Positions 13,358 through 24,093 of a stretch of DNA of 64,000 bases are shown one piece after another (positions within the stretch are counted from its first letter, which is position 1; every line of letters begins with the position of its first letter). The position numbers were made by a program, and so were the translations under genes. The stretch is from the NCBI RefSeq assembly GCF_036588685.1, contig NC_086384.1, positions 10,230,001 through 10,294,000 on the forward strand, written 5' to 3'. The notes beneath the pieces are model-generated. The model was not told where the DNA came from. It did not search any database and saw only the letters and a list, made by a program, of their open reading frames with translations. The stretch is from Mytilus trossulus. Lineage: Eukaryota.

Positions 13358-16300
13358 CTATAGTTCAGTTCTTGGTTCGTTCTGTGTTTTTGATTGTCGC
13401 TTCTTTATGTCGTTTTGATACTGTAAAAGTCCAATATTAAATATACATGCGCAAAAAGAGAGAACTGCAGCCATGGCAAAACTCCAGGTAAAACAATGGA
13501 CACCTGCCTTACAATCGGTTGCACCTTTTATTCGAATGCTATTGTCATATGTCCAACCATAAGCCAGTTGCACAACAAACCCTCCTATTGCATTTCCGAA
13601 AATTGTGGCTCCCCAATTTCTACCAAAATATTTGACTCCATAAAATTCACTGATCATTGTTGGCGTTAAGCACCAAACAGCACCATTTGCAAGACCTATA
13701 ACTAATAAAGTAGCAACTAACATGGAGAATTGATCTGAGAAGAATATACACAATGTCAGAGTGATAGTTTGGACGATGTTGAATATAAGTAGAAGTGCAA
13801 CACGTGGTACCTTTGTCACTATCATATCAGAGACAAATCCAACGACAAATTTTGACAAAACACCACAAACTGGATTTACCGTGCCAAATAAAGTAGTATA
13901 TTCTTCAAGGTCAAATGTTTTAAGATAGGTTTGTATGTTGTTTTGAAACATTAGTTGCAAACCTGCACAGAAAATATATGACCATGCGATAAAATGGTAG
14001 TCGAATCTAAGGAATAGTTTTAATCCTGTTACATTTCTGATTGGTGGACCGGTGTCATTAACAACTTCGAATGTTCCCGCTATTGTCGATTCGTTTACCC
14101 TCAAAGAGATTTCATCAATCTGTCTCTCTCCTTCATACGGATGGCTATTAAGGAAAGAAACTCCCATTATTCCAATAACTGCAAACGAAATTGCTGTCGT
14201 GAGATAAAAACCGCCAAGATTTTGATTTTCTTCATCATGAACATGTCCAGCAGCAAATACTTTCCCGTACAAAGCCGCCATTATTGCTGGTCCCGCACTG
14301 AATGAAGCGTCTAGAATACCAATTATTTTCCCTCTGTGCTTTGGATTAAAGTTTATGGAGTTAGTTGTCATGGCTGCCATGTACAAGAAAATAGCACCAA
14401 AACCTATATATGAAATATGAAAATTAATATATTTTTGAATCGTAAAAGTATTATGAAACTTGTATCATATCAAACATCAATTTCACGTTTATGAAAAATT
14501 GGACAAAACTAAAACATCAGTTGTATAAGTATCAACTATGTACTTGTTTGGCTTAATAACTCTTTTGATATGAGCGTCATTGTTTAGTCTAAGGTAGACG
14601 AAACGCGCGTTTGGCGTACTTAATTGTAATCCAGGTACCTTTGATAATTATTTAAACAACTGGATCGATGCCACTGCTGATGGACGTTTCGTCCCCGAGG
14701 GTATCACCTTCCCAGTAGTCAACACTTCGGTGTTGACCTGAATATCAATAATGTGACGTTTACAAAAATTTGAAATTATCGAAAAACCAAGGATTTTCTT
14801 ATCCAAGGCATAGATCACCTTAGCCGTATAATGGTTATGTTTGGAACATAAAACCCTAAAAAAAATCGATTGACAAACGGATAAAAGCAGAACTAAACAA
14901 TTATTCCTTGTTTTGATGTGGATAACCAAAACATCACTCTTACATGTATGTGCAAAGCTATATGTCATTTAGAGAAGAATCTTTGAATTCTGTCAACTTA
15001 TTTTTCAAGAGGTCGAGGATTAATATTAAGTGTGACGCTGACGACGACGATCGTGAAAAGCAACACGTCAAGTAATTCAAAGATTTTATGCTACGGCGTC
15101 GGCATCCGGTGACACCTTTTTAACGTGCCAGTCTAGATTCTTTGTAAGAATCAGGCATTATAATTTTAAAGCATAGTCGAAATAGAACCACCGACCTAAC
15201 TATTCTATTTTGAATAAAGGCAACAGTAGTATACCGATGTTCAAAGGTCATAAATCGTTTGAAAGAAAACAAATCCGGGTTACTAACTTAACACAAGTGA
15301 AACTATCAATTTTAGAGGAAAACAAAATAATACCAGGAACACCGAAGTGCAACTAAAAACACACGCTTATATACATAGAAACCATATTTCTAATTTATTG
15401 TAAGACATTTTTAAGAAAAAATGGTGGGTTGAATCTAGGTTAATGGTTAGCCAAACCTCCCGCTTAATGAAAATGCTAAACAAAATATTTCACTGAAATG
15501 AAAACATTACGTGACAGAAATACAGCACACACAGTCATCATAGAGAAACGCACAAACACATACATGTAATATTATAGTCGACACAACATGCAAACTACAG
15601 AACAACAACACAACAGGATACAAAAACAGTGACGAGTCTTCGTGCCGAACAAGCAATCTCGAACTTTATACAATTACTTTCACAATACTCGTTCAAGGAC
15701 TTTTAATGACACTGATGTTATAGAAAAGCAAATAGAATGATAGCAAATGACGGAGTACTAGGCTCTCCTTAAGTTTTTAGTTTCCAGTGGTTTTTTTTTA
15801 CCAAATTATATATTGACATTTCAGAGCAGGGAAAAATGAAACGAGTACTATATTCGTGCTTCATTACACATATTGAATCTAAATTAAATTTGAAAGGCAA
15901 ATTTCTCAATCTGTAACATGAATAGATTTCCTTTGCAACAAGAGTAGGAAAATGATCATGTAACTTGGTTCTGTGTGAATGAATTTATTTGATACTGGTA
16001 AAAAAACTGTATGTAATTGAATATTCTTATAACATTTTTTTTATATCTTAAAGCGATATACTAGATTATACCTGCAACAAAAAAGTAAACCGCTTGAAGA
16101 GCGGACTTTGTTGAATAGAAATGACTCATTAGAGTGGTGCTCCATAACAACATATAGCCCAATGATGATATCACTAGTCCTGCGAGGGATGCCCAACGTC
16201 CGCCGAATCGTTCACACATCATTCCAGCTGGGAAACCTAAAGATATCCCAAAGTTCGACGTAGAACCAAACAGCTCAACTGAAAAAAATAAATGGAGTTT

Positions 16301-18108
16301 TATGTAGTGTGTGAATTTATTGAAACATGGAAATTGAATTGTCTTTCTCTGCTTGTCAAAAGTCAAGGAGCAATGAAGAATTCAAAAACCGAAGTTATTT
16401 TGTACCATAAAATTCCATTGCTTATTTATAACTTTGTAGAATAGTCATCTGTTTTATAAGGTCAATAACGGGTCCATATTGCGGAAAAATTTTATAGTTG
16501 TGTTAAAATCAATTGCCAAAGTTCCTATATCTGACTCTGAAGACAGGGAGTATAAGCGGATATCTCTATTAAAGATCCCGAACAACATGTATCTTCTGGT
16601 TTATTTATTGATGTATTTCTTTGTCCTTAAGGCTGTTGTATTCATTTTGTACTGTATTCCTGTCATGTAATGTTGTGATTTTAGTGGTATATTTAGCATT
16701 GCCATAAAGCGCGAGATTTATCTAGCCACAAAACCAGGTTCAACCCACCATTTTTTCTTAGGATGTCCTGTACGAAGTCAGGAATATGGCAGTTTTTATC
16801 TAACAGTTCGCTTTAATGTTTGTTGCATTGCCGTTTGATTTTATTGCACTTCAGTGATTCTTTTGTTTCTTTGTTTTCTCTTATAGTTGCTGTTTTCCCC
16901 TCGGTTTTAGTTTGTAACTCGAATTTGTTTTCTTTCAATCGATTTATGAATTTTGAACAGCGGACTACTACTGCTGTTGCCTTTTTTATTCATCATTGTA
17001 TATCTTAATGTAAAATACCATTAGAATTTATCTTGCAATGGGTCGCATGTATCAATAGTAAGAGCGAGTCCGCCCCTGTTGTTATGCAATGAGCGATAGA
17101 CGCGAGTCCACCCCTGTTGTTGTACAATGCGCGATAGACGCGAGTCCACCCCTGTTGTGCAATGAGCGATAGACGCGAGTCCACCCCTGTCGTTGTACAA
17201 TGCGCGATAGACGGGAGTCCACCCCTGTTGTTGTGCAATGAGCGATAGACGTGAGTCCACCCCTGATGTTATGCAATGCACGATAGACGCGAGTCCACCC
17301 CTGTTGTTGTGCAATGCGCGATAGACGCGAATCCACCCCTGTTGTTGTGCAATACTCGTTAGACGCGAGTCCACCCCTGTTGTTGTGCAATGCGCGATAG
17401 ACGCGAGTCCACCCCTGTTGTTGTGCAATGCGCGATAGACGCGAGTCCACCCCTGTTGTTGTACAATGCGCGATAGACGCCAGTCCACCCCTGTTGTTGT
17501 GCAATGCGCGATAGACGCGAGTCCACCCCTGTTGTTGTGCAATGCGCGATAGACGCGAGTCCACCCCTGTTGTTGTGCAATGCGCGATAGACGCCAGTCC
17601 ACCCCTGTTGTTGTGCAATGCGCGATAGACGCGAGTCCACCCCTGTGTTTGTACAATGCGTTGGACTTAATAAAAAGTGGTGTTTAAGTGTGTTGTAGTC
17701 TGATGCTAGTCTTTTCCGTCTTTTTAGTTTTAGACATACTGTTTTTTTATGCTATTGATTCATATATTCCGATATTCTTATTTTATTTCAAAAGCAATTA
17801 CAATGTTTTTTTAAGAATATGATCATAGATTATTGAGTTTCTAGTGCGAACGATTCGTTTATTTGCATTTAAAAAAGATAAACAGAAAACTGTCTCAGAA
17901 GATCAGAAAAAGGATGCAGTTTTGACAGATTTTTCAGCGTAATATAATCAAAATACTATTGTTTACCTGCCGACTGGGTGTAGTTGTAATGCTTCTTGAC
18001 CGATACAATGTATACTCCATAACAATAAACAGATCCAGCGATAGCCATACAAAGACATCCTACCACCAAAGCAACAGCACGCTGTACGTTCGCAGATATG
18101 TGTACCAT
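13358..18108 (-). CDS. MFS transporter, Mch1/Nodulin-like (NFD4/OFA-related), paralogue A; exons 18108-17967, 16278-16072, 14403-13358; 464 aa
   Basis: Both introns are GT/AG and phase 1; exons of 142+207+1046 nt give 465 codons. Multiple TM helices; motifs GMMCERFGGR, NFNPKHRGKIIG, GFVSD, SEFYGVKYFGRNWG. Confidence 0.92.
14532..14830 (+). mobile_element. Retrozyme-like element (degenerate hammerhead) in MFS-A intron 2
   Basis: GTAGACGAAACGCGCGTTTGGCGT, then a branched GC-rich domain and the hairpin GTCAACAC-TTCG-GTGTTGAC (14718-14737). Confidence 0.8.
17066..17660. repeat. 38-bp GC-rich minisatellite (~15 copies) in MFS-A intron 1
   Basis: Unit GCGATAGACGCGAGTCCACCCCTGTTGTTGTGCAATGC. Confidence 0.97.
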
Positions 18109-19699
18109 TTTATAAGATTTTATTATTATAATAATATACACTATTAAATATACAAATTATTTTTAAATGATAATAGTATTATATATCTAGTATCAATATA
18201 GGGTAGTTTATAGTGACAAATTTTATCAGATAATTATCTTTCGGTATGTAATGTGAAGATATACAAGTGATAGCCTATTACATTTTTGCCCTGTCACTCG
18301 TTTTCAAAACTTTTGTTTTATCAAGAAAAAACTGAAAACTTTTGGTACCTTATCATAGAGTTTTCATTCAATGTTGGATGCTTTTGATTTTTTTATGCAG
18401 AAATAACGTTCATTTTAGCTCAAATTCAAAATGATAAAACATTAAGCGACCACAAATTTCACATAAGTGTTGTTTTTTTATTTCTCATTTTTTCTTCTTT
18501 TATTGATTATCTAAGTAAAATTAGTTGTTTTGTAATTGAAAATGATACCATTACGTATGTAGAAAGTGACGCTAAATTTGAAATAAAGAAACAACTATCT
18601 TTCATTATACCAGGATGAGGCACATTTTTTTTTAATTTGTTCTAAGTTATTAAAGCCCATCAGGTTTCACATTTGCCATCAATTTTGTAGGAGACTGTTA
18701 TTGAACAACATGGGATTTTTGTTACAGTTGTGCAGATCGGATTAAAAAAAAACAAACCCTATTCATATATTGAATAATTGTGAAATACCCACCAATACAT
18801 ATATTTCTCGCTATTTTGTACATTTTTCCTTTGATATTTTTTTGTGATAATCTTTCATATCATGCTACTCGCTTTAGATGGAAACTTATTGCTAGCAATT
18901 AAGGACGCACGTGGCGTTGCTAATGAAATTGACATGAAATTGGCAACGTCATCATAGATAAAATAGCGATAAACAGATTATCATTAGTCATCTAAACTTT
19001 ATAATCTATAAAATAAAAAAAAGAGACTACATCACTGGATTATCTGTCTTCAAATTGTCCGTTATTTTAAATGCACCCGGCCTGACCTAAACGTTTAATG
19101 ATACTCGACCGCCACGACAATAACATGATTTCTAACATCAAAGGAATATATAAATTATGTGACTTATTATTTTTCTGTTTGTCTGGGTTTTCAAATGGCC
19201 ATGTTATTATTTGACGTAAGTTTCTCTGACTTTTCTGATTGGTTGGTGTCCGAAGTAATTTAACTTGTTAACCTCAGCTGAGTCGTTATAACGACTTAAA
19301 AATAAAAATCCATCCTGTCACTGACCGGCCTCCGTACATAGCAGTGAATCCTTGTCGGTGTCGGTTGTATTTGAAAAAAATAATACATTCTGAATCATTT
19401 GATTACTCAAGGAGAGTCAAATAAACTGTCAATGTCATGACAGAAAAGTAACAGACTAACAACTAACAGTACAAAACAACAACATCGTAAACCAAAAAAA
19501 CAAAGCAACACAGATATGATGTTCAACTTGGGATCACTTGTACAATGTATTCAGCCGAAAACAACAGTATTATAAGTCAAATGAAGAAAAATGTGGGTTT
19601 CATTGTTATAACAAATTTCAGACCAGCTTAGCATAATCTTCAGATCGATGACAATTCTTATGAAGTCAAATTATAACAACGACGAAAACAAGCTATGTT

Positions 19700-20320
19700 G
19701 TGTTTTGTGTAACTGTTTAATGTATGTTTTTATCCAGTTTAGCCATGTCTATGTTATTTTTTGTGTAACTGTTTAATGTCTGTTTTTATCCAGTTTAGCC
19801 ATGTCGATGTTATTTTTTGTGTAACTGTTTAATGTCTGTTTTTATCCAGTTGAGCCATGTCGATGTTATTTTTTGTGTAACTGTTTAATGTCTGTTTTTA
19901 TCCAGTTTAGACATGTCTATGTTATTTTTTGTGTAACTGTTTAATGTCTGTTTTTATCCAGTTTAGCCATGTCGATGTTATTTTTTGTGTAACTGTTTAA
20001 TGTCTGTTTTTATCCAGTTTAGCCATGTCGATGTTATTTTTTGTGTAACTGTTTAATGTCTGTTTTTATCCAGTTTAGCCATGTCGATGTTATTTTTTGT
20101 GTAACTTTTTAATGTCTGTTTTTCTCCAGTTTAGCCATGTCGATGTTATTTTTTGTGTAACTGTTTAATGTCTGTTTTTATCCAGTTTAGCCATGTCGAT
20201 GTTATTTTTTGTGTAACTGTTTAATGTCTGTTTTTATCCAGTTTAGCCATGTCGATGTTATTTTTTGTGTAACTGTTTAATGTCTGTTTTTATGCAGTTT
20301 AGCCATGTCGATGTTATTTT
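19700..20320. repeat. 56-bp minisatellite (~11 copies)
   Basis: Unit TGTGTAACTGTTTAATGTCTGTTTTTATCCAGTTTAGCCATGTCGATGTTATTTTT; it runs directly into a Penelope-derived tail at 20310-20367. Confidence 0.95.
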
Positions 20321-20498
20321 CGACTTATGAGTTTGATTATCCTTTTGGTATCTTTCGTCTCCCTTCTGTACTGCCACTCATTCGCTAATCGTCATTTTGT
20401 TTTCACTACTTTCTTCCCACAGAAGATTTTTACACCCAAGAAAAGATTATAAGTATATTAACATTGACCTGGGTTCTACTAGAATATAATAATTTCTT

Positions 20499-20934
20499 GG
20501 TCCGAGACCACAACTATTTCGTAGTGCATTTCTTTTAGAACATAAATGTAAATAAAAAAAATCCGAACCTGCGCTTTCTCAAAGAAAGTTTTACAGTGTG
20601 TTGTACTAATTTTGGGACAAATTATATCAAAATTATAGAAAACTTCATCGTCTCTAACTCAAAATATGGACAATTTTATGTTTAGGGCGTCTTGAAATCA
20701 GCTTCCGAAGTGCTAATTCTAAACCTTTTTCTGCTGGACCAAATCACTACTTTCCTTTAAAATTCTGGACCCAATTTTATACAGTGTAATTTCATCCCCC
20801 CCCCCTAAACTGGCAATTTGAGGCATTAAACATGGAGAAATAAATTTGGAAGGGGTATAAAAATTGATGGCAAGTAACCAACTGTTAACACTAAAGACTA
20901 TAAAATCAAGGGACGACATTGGTGGTCTCCGACC
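20499..20934. mobile_element. MITE, TIR GGTCCGAGACCAC, 4-bp TSD TCTT
   Basis: TCTT at 20495-20498 and 20935-20938; a second copy lies at 30299-30744. Confidence 0.88.
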
Positions 20935-21437
20935 TCTTGTTCAGTTAGATTTTCCGATAACTTAGATTATATAGTTACAGTTCGAGTAAAAATTGAGTAT
21001 TTGTTCGAGTTGGTATATGAGTTTGAGTTGGAATGTAAGTTAAGCGTTAAAAAGATATGCGAGTTCGAAATGAAAAAAAAAAGATGCGGGTCAAAGTTGG
21101 AGCTTTAAATAGCATTACCTTAGTCTATTTTTAAAGAAAAAAGAGGCGAAACTTACCAGAGGTACATTCAAACTCATAAGAAGAAAATAAACTGACAAAG
21201 CCATGACTGCTAAAGAGAAAGACAAACAGAAAACACAACATAGAAAGCTAAAGACTTAGCAACTTGCATCTTTTTTCTTTCTTTCGTAGATTACTTGTTG
21301 TCTCTGTGCTAATTTAAACTCTAATCATATCTGGATTTATAATCAATAGCACAAGTTTAAAACTCTACTTTGAAAAGAACAAATCTTAAATGTCTACATA
21401 TACATGTAGCAACATTAGCTTCTACAAAATAGATTGT

Positions 21438-22934
21438 TTACGAAGCCAAAACCTTATGATGAAAGACCAATGTTCTCGCATGTTTAACTGTTACATGTGA
21501 AGCAGCCGAAACCTTATCATGCGGGACCAATGTACTCGCATGTTTAACTGTTACTTGTGTAGCAGCTGAAACCTTATCATGAGGGACTAATGTACTCGCA
21601 TGTTTAACTGTTACTTGTGTAGCAGCCGAAACTTTATCATGAGGGACCAATGTACTCGCATGTTTAACTGTTACTTGTGTAGCAGCCGAAACCTTATCAT
21701 GAGGGACCAATGTGCTCGCATGTTTAACTGTTACTTGTGTGGCAGCCGAAACCTTATTATGAGGGACCAATGTTCTCACATGTTTAACTGTTACTTGTGT
21801 AGCAGCCGAAACCTTATCGTGAGGGACCAATGTACTCGCATGTTTAACTGTTACTTGTGTAGCAGCCGAAACCTTATCATGAGGGACCAATGTACTCGCA
21901 TGTTTAACTGTTACTTGTGTAGCAGCCGAAACCTTATCATGAGGGTCCAATGTACTCGCATGTTTAACTGTTACTTGTGTAGCAGCCGAAACCTTATCAT
22001 GAGGGACCAATGTACTCGCATGTTTAACTGTTACTTGTGTAGCAGCCGAAACCTTATCGTGAGGGACCAATGTACTCGCATGTTTAACTGTTACTTGCGT
22101 AGCAGCCGAAACCTTATCATGAGAAACCAATGTACTCGCATGTTTAACTGTTACTTGTGTAGCAGCCGAAACCTTCTCATGAGAAACCAATGTACTCGCA
22201 TGTTTAACTGTTACATGTGTAGCAGCCGAAACCTTATCATGAGGGACCAATGTACTCGCATGTTTAACTGTTACTTGTGTAGCAGCCGAAACCTTATCAT
22301 GCGGGACCAATGTACTCGCATGTTTAACTGTTACTTGTGTAGCAGCTGAAACCTTATCATGAGAAACCAATGTAGTCGCATGTTTAACTGTTACATGTGT
22401 AGCAGCCGAAACCTTATCATGAGAAACCAATGTACTCGCATGTATAACTGTTACATGTGTAGCAGCCGAAACCTTATCATGAGGGACCAATGTACTCGCA
22501 TGTTTAACTGTTACTTGTGTAGCAGCCGAAACCTTATCATGAGAAACCAATGTACTCGCAAGTTTAACTGTTACATGTGTAGCAGCCGAAACCTTATCAT
22601 GAGAAACCAATGTACTCGCATGTTTAACTGTTACTTGTGTAGCAGCCGAAACCTTATCATGAGGGACCAATGTACTCGCATGTTTGACTGTTACTTGTGT
22701 AGCAGCCGAAACCTTATCATGAGGGACCAATGTACTCGCATGTTTAACTGTTACTTGCGTAGCAGCTGAAACCTTATCATGAGAAACCAATGTAGTCGCA
22801 TGTTTAACCGTTACATGTGTAGCAGTCGAAACCTTATCACGAGGGACCAATGTACTCGCATGTTTAACTGTTACGTGTGTAGCATATGATTCTTTTTTCT
22901 CAACACGCTGTGAATCCGTTACACTTTTTTTTAT
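21438..22934 (-). CDS. Candidate repetitive coding exon: ~24 x 60-bp repeat encoding HASTLVPHDKVSAATQVTVK
   Basis: The repeat itself (21445-22885) is certain. There are no indels or stops in this frame, about half of the distinct variants are synonymous, and there is a plausible acceptor TTTGCAG at 22935-22941. Coding status is unproven. Confidence 0.45.
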   Translation of the reverse strand: MKKSVTDSQRVEKKESYATHVTVKHASTLVPRDKVSTATHVTVKHATTLVSHDKVSAATQVTVKHASTLVPHDKVSAATQVTVKHASTLVPHDKVSAATQVTVKHASTLVSHDKVSAATHVTVKLASTLVSHDKVSAATQVTVKHASTLVPHDKVSAATHVTVIHASTLVSHDKVSAATHVTVKHATTLVSHDKVSAATQVTVKHASTLVPHDKVSAATQVTVKHASTLVPHDKVSAATHVTVKHASTLVSHEKVSAATQVTVKHASTLVSHDKVSAATQVTVKHASTLVPHDKVSAATQVTVKHASTLVPHDKVSAATQVTVKHASTLDPHDKVSAATQVTVKHASTLVPHDKVSAATQVTVKHASTLVPHDKVSAATQVTVKHVRTLVPHNKVSAATQVTVKHASTLVPHDKVSAATQVTVKHASTLVPHDKVSAATQVTVKHASTLVPHDKVSAATQVTVKHASTLVPHDKVSAASHVTVKHARTLVFHHKVLAS

Positions 22935-22997
22935 CTGCAAATCCAACAAAGTTTGTAACATTCTAATTATATGAGAGGGAAATGCACATATATAGTT

Positions 22998-23200
22998 ATA
23001 GGAAGATGTGGTATGAGTGCCAATGAGACAACTCTCCATCCAAATAACAATTTTAAAAAAAGTAAACCATTATAGGTCAATGTACGGCCTTCACGGAGCA
23101 TTGTCGCCCACCGAACAACGAGATATAAAGGGCCCAAAATTACTAGTGTTCAACCATTCAAACGCGGAAATCAACGGTCTAATCTATATAAAAAGAAAAA
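22998..23200 (-). repeat. Dispersed repeat (GAAGATGTGGTATGA.TGCCAATGAGACAAC family), Penelope 3' terminus-derived
   Basis: Copies at ~25648-25920, 26955-27130, 32170-32470 and 55625-55880. The reverse complement ends the PLE fragment at ~42890-43055. Confidence 0.8.
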
Positions 23201-23494
23201 AAAAGAAATATAGCATGCATAACTAAAGGGAAGGATAAAGTCAATGTATATAACACTCGTATAGTGTAAGTCGAAGTCGAACTGAAAAGCTCATAGTTAC
23301 AAAGTTAAATTATAACTTCTATAGTTCATGTATTTATATGAAGTAATAGTTTCAAACCATTTTATGGACATATAGGCAATATCAATTGAAGTAACTATTA
23401 TAATTAATTGTACTATGCAATCACATTTTATTTCAATAAAACAAAAAGACACAACATATTTGATCATCACAGGACGGAGCAATATCAGACATTA

Positions 23495-23804
23495 TAAGAG
23501 AGCAACCATTTAACTTCAAAAGGGGTTAGTTGTTGTTGATTTTTTGTCTGTATCAGAAATATTTTTCGCGCAAAATGCGAACTTTTTAATCATTTGACGC
23601 TATCAAACAATTGATATTTTTTTTCTCAAAATTCAACATTATAAAGTATGAGGAAAATCAGTATTCAAAATACATTTTTTTTTGTAATCTGCTTGGCCAC
23701 AATATTTTTTTGAATCAAATAGGGGATCAGAATATTAATGTAGGAAAAACACATTTCTTCCAACCTCACCTACCATCCGTTTGAAGTTAAATGGTCGTTC
23801 TATA
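23495..23804. mobile_element. Degenerate MITE (TIR ~AGGGAGCAACCATTTAACTTC); related copy at 26281-26573 with TA flanks
   Basis: ACCATTTAACTTCAA ... TTGAAGTTAAATGGT inverted termini. Confidence 0.6.
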
Positions 23805-24093
23805 CGGAGGTTTGTTTTACGGACTCACCGAGGATATAAAAGAATTTTAAAAAATCACTTTAACAGTCTTGGCAATACATCTTGCACCTCAAGGTCTGCT
23901 AGATTTCATTTAAACGAACATAATTCATATCAATCATGGTCAAGCCGTGCTCATATGTATATCTTTTCCACAGTAAATTCCGCCATTAAAGAATGGACCA
24001 GACGCACGCACTTCAGTTTTCATTCGGAACAAAGGTCTGTAAATTCTGGCATCTTCCTATGAGTAAAATATCGTGGTTCTTAATATGAAAATT

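Noticed and set aside
17005-17656. Several overlapping ORFs up to 211 aa
   Set aside because: These are a by-product of a stop-poor 38-bp unit (not a multiple of 3) inside an MFS intron.
19230-19246. CCAAT box as the promoter of MFS paralogue A
   Set aside because: It is a short motif 1.1 kb from the ATG with no TSS evidence and cannot be supported from sequence alone.
21600-22769. Cys-rich + strand ORFs (MFNCYLCSSRN)n resembling zinc fingers
   Set aside because: They are interrupted by TGA and TAA variants; the variation pattern favours the minus frame.
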